A program made the translations under genes and the position numbers. From the NCBI RefSeq assembly GCF_009914755.1, contig NC_060929.1: 64,000 bases of DNA; one strand, 5' to 3'. The notes beneath the pieces were generated by a model. That model saw only the letters and a list, made by a program, of their open reading frames with translations, searched no databases and was not told the DNA's origin. Shown here piece by piece: positions 29,031 to 43,146 of the stretch (the stretch's first letter is position 1; each line of letters starts with the position of its first letter). The DNA is from the human T2T-CHM13v2.0 reference genome, Homo sapiens.

Positions 29031-32000
29031 GGTAGTTGTATTTAAAGGGAGGGTCTTGAAAGTAAACCCTAGTGTTTTTCACACTTCATTTGTGTTCCCC
29101 TGCATGATTTTTGTCTTATCTTTATGTCATCTGTACTGTTGTTTAACATTCTTCTTAAAGTTGACCCATTTTTTAAAACCCTAAAATTTGTTTAAAAGGG
29201 AAACGATATCATTGCCTTAAACTGATAACTACTACATCACCTGTCACAAATAGAAGGTATAAATTATTGAAGTTGTTTGTCCATGTTCCCCAAGTTCCAC
29301 ATATCCCACCTGGGGCAATACAGCCTTTACCCAAAGATATGACTCACTAATAGTGAGTTTTTCAGGCAGCAGTAGATGGGTGGTAGGATGGTTTGGAGTA
29401 GGCAGGCCTTCAGAGAGGGCCCCTTCAATCCTATCTTTTCCTAAAACTTGTGTGGTTCTATGATACTAGGAAGGCCACAGAATGAAGAATCTAGGAGGTA
29501 ACAAGAGGTAAATGCAATGTGAAACCACTTCTGTTTTGATCTGAAGTTTGCCAAAAAGAGGCCTGAGTGGTGGTGAGGCTGTATACTATATTAAATTCTA
29601 GGCCCTCTGCCAGGGGTGTGGCTTCATTGATGCTGTGTTACATTGTTCTTTCTGTGCCAGCGTGCTCTTAGAAAACTCAGATTCTCCTGGGAAACTCAGA
29701 TCTTTCTTGGGGGGCAGGAGGGATGCTTTTTTTTTTTTTAACTCATCAATAACCCAAACTACTTTGAGTTCCTTTCACATATAGAGAACTGTTTGTGGAT
29801 GTTGCTAATGATAGAAACTGAAGTTATCATCTAGAATTTTTTTCCCCCAATCTTCATTGTCCGTAAAGCCTATTCCTTTAAGAATCCTATGAAAACAGAA
29901 GAAAGGGGGAGGGTGAGCTGCCCTGGGTTGTATGGTCTCTTAGGGTGCAGCACATGATAGGCATGAGTGGTACTTCCTGGTTTGATGTGAAATTCACTGT
30001 TGTCCATTAAGAGCCACCCCGCAGTGCTGACTGAGCTGCTGCTCCCTCAGAGGGTCAGGAGAGCGTGCTTTCATGATGGAGCAAAGCCAGGCTGGCTTGG
30101 TATTCATCAGGAACCAGGAGCGCTTAGTTAAATTGCCAGCACGTTAAGCTGTAGGGGCCTCTTTCTAAATCATCAAGATTTCAACTTTCCCACAAAGCCT
30201 AATCTAATGCTCTGGGAGGAGGCAGGCAGAGCCTGTCTTTCAGGGGCTGGGCTGGCAGGGGACCTGGCCTGGGAAGTGGCCTTATCAGGCTTGTTGGGAG
30301 GGATGGACCTGTCCCTTTCTAGTGTGTCCTCTCAACTTGGCAGGGGGCAGAGTTCTTCCCTTTTCTCTCTCTCCATGCCCTAACCGCTCCTTTCAATTCC
30401 CCAACTCACTTTCTGTGTTCACAGCTTTCTTCCCTTTTCCTTTCCCTTCTGTTCAATACTGCCCTCTCTTTTGAGCCTCTCTCTTGCTGGGCCCCATTTT
30501 CTCTCCATTCTCACTTTGAGGGTTGACTATTTGAAGTTCCAATTATAATGCTGTCCTATATGTCCCAGTGACTAGATGTAATTCAGAGATCCCTACCCTA
30601 TTTTTCTGAGGAGAAGCCAACCTTCATTTCTCTACTGGCTTTCAGATAGCAGTGTTGGTGGGGTACTGACCAGAGTCCCTGAACTGAGTGGTTGGGTGAG
30701 GCTGGATGTGCTCCTCCCCGATATGGGGGTCCCAGCAGTATGGGGAAGGTATTATAATCAGGGTTTGCTGACAATGCCAGGATCCATTAGACAAGGGGCT
30801 GAGGCTTACCTGTGGGGACCCTTCCATAAGCTGAATGCAGAGGGGAATACTGCATCCAGGCAGTCCTCTAGCTTTTGCAGAGGACCATACATGATGAATG
30901 AAGGCTGGAGAAGGAGCCCTTGGGTGAGGTTAGCCTGGAACCCACAGGACTATTTGCAGCTGTGGATCCTGCCCTGAAGCTAGGTTTTCCCAGGTAGCAA
31001 CTGGACCAAATTGTCTTCCCATGTGGTTAGATGGATTGTTGGAAGCATCTAGGAGCATGGCTTTCCTGCTTAATGAGTTAAAAAATTGATTATTTTCTTG
31101 TAAAAGCCATGTGGCTACTTTACCTAAAGATGATTAGCAAGGGTTTTAACTTTCATTGTTAAATATAACATATGTATAAAAAAGTATGTATAATGTACAG
31201 TTTAATCAATAATTGTATTCATTAGTGTAACTGTGTGATCTATTCAGGTTTAGAAATAGAAGTTTATTTTTAAACCCAAATGGGGTAATAGAATGCACTG
31301 TGTTGCAATTTGTTTTTTTCCCACCATGTTGGTGCTTTTTCATATCAGCACAGGTAGTTCTAACTTATTCTTCTGAAGCGTCATATAGCAGCAGTTCCAT
31401 GGATTGGAAATACCATGGTTTATTTAACCATTCTCATATTGATGAACATTATATTTAATATATATGCATGTGTATAAAGTTGGGTTTTTTTTTTTTGGCA
31501 TACCGGCTGGCACTAGTATATATCTGTAAGATAAATTCCTAAAGGTAGAATTGCTCGTTCAAAGGATAGGGTGTTTTTATGTATTTATTTGGGGTTTTAC
31601 TTAAAAATATGTCTTTATTGAAGAGTTTATAAGAAAAAAGGATAGACCCGCTATAAAAAGAAAGGCTGTCTGCTCTAAACATTAGGGAGGAATGGGACAC
31701 CAATACCTGGTGGCTAAGGATAGGTCATTTTAGTTGTTGATATTTTCAGGTAGTAATGTCTTTTTTCCCAGGAATGTTTATAAATGTTATATCTTACAGA
31801 GCACCAAGCCCTGGATCCAACTAGAGGTTCTTTACAGAAAGCTTTATGGAGAAAGGTTTTAGCAGATGATATGTTATCCTCTGTTGAAGGGAACTTCTCT
31901 GAATTCCCTCAGAAAGTCTCTAAGTCTGGAAGAATGCTAAAATGTACCTACCAAGTTTAGTATTGGAGGGAGACAAGATTGACTGTAGTCACATTTTCAA

Positions 32001-33469
32001 ATAATTCTGAACTATGGATAATTAATGTAGGTATGGTATGACTTTTCAGAATTTGCTGTTCCTAATCTATCAGGACAAGTTGAGAATACTTACATCTTTG
32101 TGTTATCTTAATGTTGGGGATAGCGGCTTAAAGCAATTATCTGAATGGCATTAGCAAACTATGTTACTAAATAGTTTGTAGATTTTTAGCTTCATATGAA
32201 CTCAGTTATAAAAGCAGTGTGTGGTTTTTGTATCAGATATTTTTTGTGAGAAAGGAAAATAAGTCTCTGAACCTCTTCATCACTCTGGGCCAGGGCCTTC
32301 AGAGGTAGATGATCCATTGTTAGTTTTTGCCTTCCATGTGCACTTTGATGCCCTTGTTCAGCGAAAGGTCCCATATCTGAGCTGTGTATCATTTTGTACT
32401 CCATAGAGGGGCTATTGTGAAGCCACAGCCAAAATGTTGATACAAAAGATACGTTCTAATACTTATTCATTCATTGACTATATGAGAATAGCTCAGGGCC
32501 TGGTAAAACTCTGGCAAACAAGAGATATTGAATGAAGTAGGGGATGGCTAATGATATTTGGGAGGTTGAGACCAGAATCAGTATTTGGACAATAATGGAG
32601 TAATACTGCAGGTTGTCTTCCTCCAGTCTGTCCCTAAAAGAAGAGCAATTTAGAAAATGGCAATACCCAGCAATGTGTTTAAAATGCTGAGCAAGTCGTA
32701 AAAAGAAATATCTTGTCCACGTTATGCTGACTATCAGAGGTCTCCTGGTGTTGCACTGTTACTGGGAGCACTGCTACCATCTTTAAAAATGTAAATCCCT
32801 GCTATTGCTATCCCCCTGGGGCTCCTGTGTTAAAGTGTCCATATCAGGAGCAAGTTCTTCCTAGGAGAAGGCCTACAGTTCTGGAATGCCTATTGTTGTG
32901 ACTTTGGCCTTGGGTTTAAGATTTGAGACCATCATTTCTTACCTCTGCTCACTGTACATTCACAAGTATGGTATGACTCTTCCGATTGGGGAGTCATTTG
33001 GGCTTCTACTTATACTTCAGTTTTAGTAACTTGTGTAACACTTTGAGGTAACTGCCTTTTGGACCTCCCAAAGTAAGTTTTGTCTATTCTGTCAAACTAC
33101 CTTCACCATATCCTTAAAATTTGGAAAACTTCCAGCATATTCCATCTGATGCAATAGCAGACAAATGGAAGTGATAATTTTATTTATATTAATAGCAATA
33201 CTGAAGGGGAGGAGCAAGCCAGCTATATAGTTCTTTACCTCTTATCTCCAGCTCTAGGCCTGATATGTAGTAGGTACTTAATACATATGAAATAAGTGAA
33301 TTATTAAGTTTGTCAATAGTATTCAACAAACAAACATAAAGTTACATGAATCCTTTTAAAAGAAATAAAGAATAACGATAGAAAAGGAAGATGCAGCAAA
33401 CCTAGAAGTCTGCTCTTAGCAAGGCTGTTTATGAGCTGACCCTTTGGCCTCATCCCGTGAAGTGTGCTT

Positions 33470-33850
33470 CAGCCATTAGAACCTAGTCAGTTCCTCAAAT
33501 GTGCTTTGCTTTTTCTCTGAAACATCTCACAGATTCTTGCCTCTGCAGAGTATGAAATTTGGAGTAATACGAATTTCTGTTTATGCTTAGTCATGTGATC
33601 ATCACTTCTATTAGAATCTTTCTCTGACTTCCCTGAGTAATTAGTTATCTCTACTTTGAGCTTACAGTACGCTCTGCTTCCTCTATCTTCGCTTGGTTTT
33701 GTGATTGCTGGTGTTATTGTCTGTCTCTCTCATACCCTGAATAGGAACTGTCTCTTGCTTACCATTATCTCAGCAGCACCTGGAACCCAGTAGTACTGGG
33801 TTATAGTTGATGCTCCTATAAGTATTTATGGATGAACAAATGACTGTGTG
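33470..33850 (+). mobile_element. L2 3' fragment
   Basis: cagcacctggaacccagtag...gatgctcctataagtatttatggatgaacaaatg. Confidence 0.55.
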
Positions 33851-33937
33851 AATGGAATAAACTAATATGTCAATGCCAAAATTTGATGAAAACTCTAAAC
33901 CAGAGATGATATGGCAGTATAAAACTCAGTAATTCTA

Positions 33938-34248
<311 letters not shown>

Positions 34249-34446
34249 TCAGTAATTCTAAAACTTTTTTTTTTTTTTACCTGAACAAACTGCACCCAAA
34301 ATTATAGATGTGAGAGTCAAGACATATTGAGGGACTTAGAATGTAAAGTGGTCTATTTACAAAGGTTTTGTTAAAAAAACAGCTAATGGGGAGTTAAAAA
34401 AAAAAAAAAGACACCGAGGTCTCTAGGGTAAGATCTGCTCTCATAG

Positions 34447-35480
34447 TTTTTGTTTGTTTGTTTTGTTTTGTTTTTGAGATAAGGTCTTGCACGGTCTCCC
34501 AGGCTTGAGTGCCGTGGTGTGATCACGGCTCACCTCAGCCTCAATCTCCCAGGCTCAAGTGATTCTCCCACCTCAGTCTCCCCCAGGTAGCTGGGACTAC
34601 AGATGTATGCCACCACACCCAGCTCAATTTTCCTATTTTTTATAGAGACAAGGTCTCACTATGTTGCCCACACTGGTCTCAAACTCCTAGGCTCAAACAA
34701 TCCACCTGCCTTGGTCTCCCAAAGGGCCGGGATTACAGGTGTGAACCATGGTGCCTGGCCCTGCTCTTATGTTTTTAAACTTTAATTTTATAAGTTACCA
34801 AGAAAGATAAATTGAAGGACATAAGGATAAGCATGACTTTAGGCTTTGATAATAAGAAGGGTTCCAAGATAGAGAAGTCTGTATGTAACCAAAAGAATTT
34901 GGTTTTTTACCCCAAGTCTGGTACCCAACCAAGTGACTTTTTGGTTTGAAGCAGAAAGAAAACATTTGAAGACCTTAGAGAACCAAAGTGTCTTGTGAAA
35001 AAAAAAAATTGCAACTACAAAAATCACCTTAAAAAGCAGTGAAGAGCAGATTTTGACTAGATCATTAACAAGAGGAAAATAAGTAATGAGAAGGCAAATT
35101 GGTATATCAGAAGTGAATAGGAGGTTTAAAGTGGCATTTTAAAAAATATTTGTTAATTTTAACTTTTTTTTTTTTTTTTTTAGAGACAGGGTCTTTCTTG
35201 TTCTGTTGCCCAGACTAGAGTGTAGTGTCATGATCATAGCTCACTGCAGCTCAAACTCCTGGGCTGAAGTGATCCTCCCACCTCAGCCTCACAAGCAGCT
35301 AGGACTATGTATAACACCACAGCTTGCTAATTTTTTTGCGGGGGGAAGGGGGGAGGGTAGACACAAGGTTTCACTATGTTACCCTAACCAGGCTGGTCTT
35401 GAACTCCTGGCCTCAAGTGATTCCCCTGTCTCAGCCTCCCAAGTCACTGACATTATAAGCATGAGCCCTGAGCCCAGCTA
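34447..35480 (-). mobile_element. Two antisense AluJ elements (~34447-34760; ~35164-35480)
   Basis: Reverse-complement Alu with J-type gtgatc.tagctcactgcagc; flanking repeats ctgctct.at and taaagtggcatt. Confidence 0.85.
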
Positions 35481-35602
35481 AAGTGGCATTCTAGCTATTA
35501 AAAATGGCAGGCAGCATGGATATATATCTGAAAGCACTAGGAAAACTTAATCTTTTTCTGACTGTATAGGTTCTCTTGAAATTTTCAGAAATACAGACGA
35601 GT

Positions 35603-37300
<1,698 letters not shown>

Positions 37301-39569
37301 ATACCTCAAAAGCATAAATTTAAAACAACTGCAAAAAAAACCCTTATTTTTTTTCTTGGATATTTTCTTTCCTTGGATATTTAGGTTGTTTTTTTCCTTC
37401 CTCTGTTTTGTTTTGATCTGTTTTTTATGTTGGAGGCCTTCCTCCAATGTCTGATAATCTTTGTCCATTCATTTATGTATGAGGCAGTAAATAGTCCATT
37501 AGAAGTTCAGTGTGCATAGGCTTTACTGTGGAGTGACTGGGTGAGTCATTTCTTTGGTGTCTCCCCAATTATTAGTATCTGTCATTTTTTTTCCACTGGG
37601 ACTGTTCAGTTTTCCAGAGGAAAATTTTCCACTTTACTGTCTGCAGAGTCAGTGCCAGTCCATCTAGCAGGTGTCTTGTAATTTAAAAAAAACAACATTG
37701 AAATATATTGCTTTTTTTCCTCCATCTCTACTTTGATGAGGTCTTATCTCCACTGACCACTTTCCCAAAGAATAGTTTCTGCCCTTCTCATTGTGTGGTT
37801 GAATGACTGCTAATCCCGTGACTCTGAGTATGTCTTGAATGAGATCGTGGGATAGCAGTGTTCAGTGCAGTCTATTAATGGATCTTGACTGCAGCACTAT
37901 TTTAGCTGTCCCTTTTAGAGTTCTGATTTGTCTTTAATGCTACAATTTACACTGTTTGCATTTGATCTGTAGTAAAACACTTCACTAGAGTAGGGTTTAT
38001 ATTTTACCTGACCAAATTTATAAGGGAAAGCAGTCATGTTACAAAGTTCAGTATCATACCTTAAATTTAAAGCTCTTTTGAGTTTTGGTTATGTAAAGTG
38101 GTTTGTACTATACTGTGTCAGTGTTAGGTAATCTTTTTTGCTTTGCTTTTCTTCTTTACCAGCTTGGGAACAATGGATTCCCACTGGATGAAGTCCTGTT
38201 TTTCAAATGCCAGCTCTAGGATCTCTCATCCTGCACACGTGCTCTTTCTGTGACTTTTGCTGTTCTCTCACTGGGATTTTTTTCTTGTTTAGAGGAAACT
38301 GAAAATAGATCCAGATTTTTATTCCTCCAAGATAACTGTCTATATTGGGAACAAAGGGAAAGAGTGTATGTGTGGAAGGAGGTCATGGTAGCTGGAGCAC
38401 CTTTGTAGTTTATGCTTTGTATAAATGCCTCTGTGAATAACTCATGGGATTTTTCCCTTCTAGACCTTACATGCTTTTTTCCTCAGGCAGTTGGAGAAAG
38501 ATACATACCAAAAATGAGAGGGAAACATGATGAGGGGTAAGTGGGGAGGACGCATACACTTGGAAGAGAGCTTTGAGGTTCTCAGGGAGAGAACTGCACA
38601 GGATAATGAGGAATAAATGCAAACAAATGGATCAATAAAAGTCATGAAACATTGAGGTCTGAAGTTGTAGTTCAATACTCTGTTCTTTTTTCTCCTCACT
38701 GCCCATTGTTTTTAGATGAACAATGTCTTCAAAGAAATACAGGTCCAGACTTTGCTAGAGTGAGAATGATCTACGTGGTCTTGTTGAACTGATCAGGTTA
38801 AACTACAGTTTTAATGAAGTTAGGTTACACACACTGAATTTCAGGACAGAAATAGTTATGATAACTGTATTGTACTTCTGTGATTTAAAAATAAATAATG
38901 GAATGGCCATATGGGGATTAATGAGACTGATTTCTGTGTTAACCAGGGCTCACTAGGCTTTCTACAGCCTTCCTGGTAGGAGAGAGGAAATAAAATGCAT
39001 TTGCTTTTGTCCAAATTCATATGATAATTGTAGTGTTAATCACCATGAGCCTTTGCATTAGGGTTCCTAGGTCAGGGTGTGTTGCCAGTTGCAGACCAGA
39101 GCGCAGAGAAGGGAAAGAACTCTACTTTTTTCCTGAGTCCCTTTCAGGCCCTGGAAAAATAAGATGGTGTCAAAAATGGGAGGCAATACAGATGTGGTTG
39201 AAATAGAGACCCTCAAGCCATTTGATCCCATAACATAGAGTTTCAATTTATAATCAACTCCTTCAAATGACACTCTCTTGATCAGCACCTCCTTCTACTA
39301 GGTTTAAGCGCCTACTCCTACCCAGCAGTCTGTTTACCACATTTTCTAAAAATCATTTTCCTTATGTTTGTTTCAGCCAGTTGCACAAGGGTAGGGTTTG
39401 AGGCATATTGATCTCTATACCCCACTACTTAGCCCAGTGTCAAGAAAGCACTTAATAAATGTATGTTTGTGAATGTCACCCAGAAGGGTTCATTACCTTA
39501 CCTTACCATTGGTTTCCAGGACTGGAAATTCGATAGAGGTAGTTTAGGTTAGGCCAGGCTTTAGTCTTT

Positions 39570-40070
39570 GATTTAGGAGCTGTTATAAAGTCATCTGGAA
39601 TCCCATTTCTTTCCTTTTTTCTGCTCTGCCTTTCTGAATGGCCCACTTAATCTTAAAACTGGCTCCTTCTCAGGGCTGCAGATTGGCTGTCAGCAATTTT
39701 GTAGGCCAATCTTTCCTAGACTTTGTGTATACCTTTGTACAGGGGAAGGGAAGGTTCGGTGGGAGTGTGTTAAGAGAGTCTGAGCTTTTTACTGATTGAA
39801 CCACTTCAGAACCAGTCCCAGTGGCCAGGGAGTGCCATTTGCATCTGGGTAAAGTCCTGAATTCCTTGAATCAATCATGATAAAAAAGTGGAGAGAGTGA
39901 CCCCGATTGGCTTAGATAGACTGGGTTCACCCTGGAGCTGGATGGGATGAGCTTTCCCTGAAGCACATGAACTACAGGAAGAATGAGCAGAGATCTACCT
40001 GGAAACCTGACTCCTGTTAGGAAGGGAGAATATGGATGTTGTGTGGGCAACCATCAAAGTCCACTGCTAC
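39570..40070. mobile_element. Old MLT1 LTR remnant
   Basis: gattggcttagatagactgggttcaccctggagctgg...gggcaaccatcaaagtccac. Confidence 0.5.
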
Positions 40071-40362
40071 TGTAATCCAGATTTTCTAGGGAACCTAGAC
40101 TATTTATAACTATTCTGTCCTTTATATAATAAAGTCACTTAGGAATTTGTTGATTGCCTGTTATGGAAAAGAATTAATAGTGAAATTATTACATTTTGAA
40201 TCTGAGACTCTTCCCTACTATTTGGTTGGGGATAGAAGACACTCAAATAGGTAAAAAGTTAACTATTGATGTAAGATATGGGTAACAGTACAAGGCAGCA
40301 GTATGACAGATGATATGTTAAGTGAGTCATCCTTAGAGTTTATACTTTGCATTCCCCAGTAA

Positions 40363-40669
<307 letters not shown>

Positions 40670-41538
40670 ATTTGTTTGTTTTTAATCTGAAAGTCACCGT
40701 GCCAGGCACTGTGGAACTTAAAGAGATAATAGAAACAAGACGCTGGCCCTGAAAACTTCAAGCCCAATCAAGAGAATGATTAACAGGCTTGGGGGCTGGG
40801 AAGCGTGGCTTCCCTCACAGAAGCAAACCATGGAGGACAGGGTCCTGTAAACACAAATAAATGTTCCTGGTGAGCCCTCCAGAGTCTCAGGGGCCTGGAT
40901 GGGCAGAGGAGACGCTTGGCATTCTCTATAAACAGCGCTGTCCAACTGCTCAGAGCAGCGGGTCTGGGGAGAACAACCAGATCACCCCAATCCCCAGAGC
41001 AATGGTGATGGTTACAAACTTTGGTTGGTCATTGCTGCCAGTGCTGCTCGTTAGAAGGCCCCACTGTGGCCCAGCCCTGTTGATTGGAGGGTTTCTAGTA
41101 GTGGATCAGCGTCCACTGATGAGACTCATAGTGCTGTTAGAACACTTTCTTAAAGCTATCCAATCACATTTATGGACACTTCAGAGGAATTAAAAAACAA
41201 AATATCTTGCTATTCATTTAACACATTTATTTAGGGGACTGCCTTGTACCAGGCACTCTGCAGTGCTCTAGGGACATGGTGGTGATCCAAAACTTACTTG
41301 ATATCTACTGTCACAGCCTACAGTCTAGTGGAGGAAATAGACAAAAGGCAAATAAATATATAAGATAATTGCCAATTATAGTGATGGTGAGAAGGAAACA
41401 AAATGGGCAGAGCTAGAGATTTGCACAAGGCTTGATACACCTTGAAGGTATTTTGTAAATGATCTTATGGGTTAGGATTTTATTCCTGATGATTTCCACA
41501 GTTAAATGCAAATAATTTTCATTCTTTTTGTCTCTTAG

Positions 41539-41745
41539 GTGCACTTTACAGGTCCCCGATGAACCAAGAGAACCCTCCACCATATCCAGGCCCTGGTCCA
41601 ACGGCCCCATACCCACCTTATCCACCACAACCAATGGGTCCAGGACCTATGGGGGGACCCTACCCACCTCCTCAAGGGTACCCCTACCAAGGATACCCAC
41701 AGTACGGCTGGCAGGGTGGACCTCAGGAGCCTCCTAAAACCACAG
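41539..41745 (+). other. CYSTM1: CYSTM1 exon 2 (207 nt: 20 nt 5'UTR + 187 nt CDS)
   Basis: Polypyrimidine tract ttttcattctttttgtctcttag| ends at 41538; donor GT at 41746. Confidence 0.9.
41559..41745 (+). CDS. CYSTM1: CYSTM1 (cysteine-rich transmembrane module containing 1) first coding exon, codons 1-62 plus 1 nt (phase-1 donor); remaining CDS lies beyond the window
   Basis: Translation MNQENPPPYPGPGPTAPYPPYPPQPMGPGPMGGPYPPPQGYPYQGYPQYGWQGGPQEPPKTT matches the human CYSTM1 N-terminus as I recall it. Donor ACAG|gtgtgt at 41745/41746. The ORF track's GVCL-stop tail is intronic read-through. Confidence 0.95.
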
Positions 41746-42532
41746 GTGTGTGTCTCTGAATATGTGGGTGTGCAGTCCCGTGTCACTAAAGGAAATGTTT
41801 GCATGTTTTCTTTGGCAGAGAAGAAATTCTTTCCAGCCTTTGCAACTTGTGCTTGATGTCCCCAAAGCTTGATGATGGCTTAGGGTGGATTCTCACTCCT
41901 GAGAAGAGGCCCAAGTCAGCTCTGCCTGCTACATTCACACCTCTTGTCCCCTCTGGGGCTGATGACTTCCTGGCCAACGTGTTTTCTGAGGGCTACCCTC
42001 TAGAGCACTTGGGGGTGGGGAAGGAATTAGCAGTTGAGTCTTTGCTCTGTAGCCAGCTTTGTATTTTAGGTTTAGTAATTAGCCTCTTGAGTTTATTTTA
42101 TCTGTCAGCTTGTTGACCCTCAAGTCATCCTCTTGCCCCTGCTACTGGGGTTTTTCTTTTTTTTCTTACTAAATGTTTTCATAATTCTATTTAACCTGCC
42201 AGTTGAGTTTTCAGGAGGCTCTTGAGTCCTTCTTGTGTGCTATAGAACAGTGTTACTCAAAGTTCAGTCTGTAGACAAATGCCAGTCAATGAACAGTGAA
42301 CAGTTATGGACTATATTATATGTACAGAAAGTGAGAGTAAACATTTAGAAACTTTTAGAGCAATTTGGTTTTGCTGTGACATCCAAGTATGTAATCTTGC
42401 ATTTTACAGAAAGTATCAGTCTGAAAGATTAAAAGTAAAACATCTTGAGGAGCACTGTGCTAGATGTCTTGGTCACTATTTTGTAGCCCTTTGGTTGGCA
42501 GAATAGCTGCTCTCTTAATTAGCCCTTTCAGC

Positions 42533-42823
42533 TTTTTTTTTTTTTTTTTTTTGAGACGGAGTCTCACTCTGTTGCCCAGGCTGAAGTGCAGTGGCGCGAT
42601 CTCGGCTCACTGCAAGCTCCGCCTCCTGGGTTCACGCCGTTCTCCTGCCTCAGCCTCCTGAGTAACTAGGACTACAGGCGCCTGCCACCACGCCCGGCTA
42701 ATTTTTTGTATTTTTAGCAGAGACTGTGTTAGCCAGGATGGTCTCAATCTCCTGACCTCGTGATCCGCCCCCCTTGGCCTTCCAAAGTGCTGGGATTACA
42801 GGCGTGAGCCACTGTGCCTGGCC
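42533..42823 (-). mobile_element. AluY with small internal deletion
   Basis: caagctccgcctcc and ttcacgcc diagnostics. Confidence 0.9.
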
Positions 42824-42830
42824 AAGATAG

Positions 42831-43146
<316 letters not shown>

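Noticed and set aside
29960-30130. ETS/TCF/KLF/Maf-like motif cluster in intron 1
   Set aside because: Short motifs at background frequency; an enhancer cannot be supported from sequence alone.
41528-41737. Overlapping alternative-frame ORF over exon 2
   Set aside because: Starts at an intronic TTG; no AUG in that frame within the mRNA.
41746-41759. ORF-track C-terminus GVCL-stop suggesting a complete 66-aa protein
   Set aside because: Read-through of the GT donor; true CYSTM1 continues in a downstream exon outside the window.
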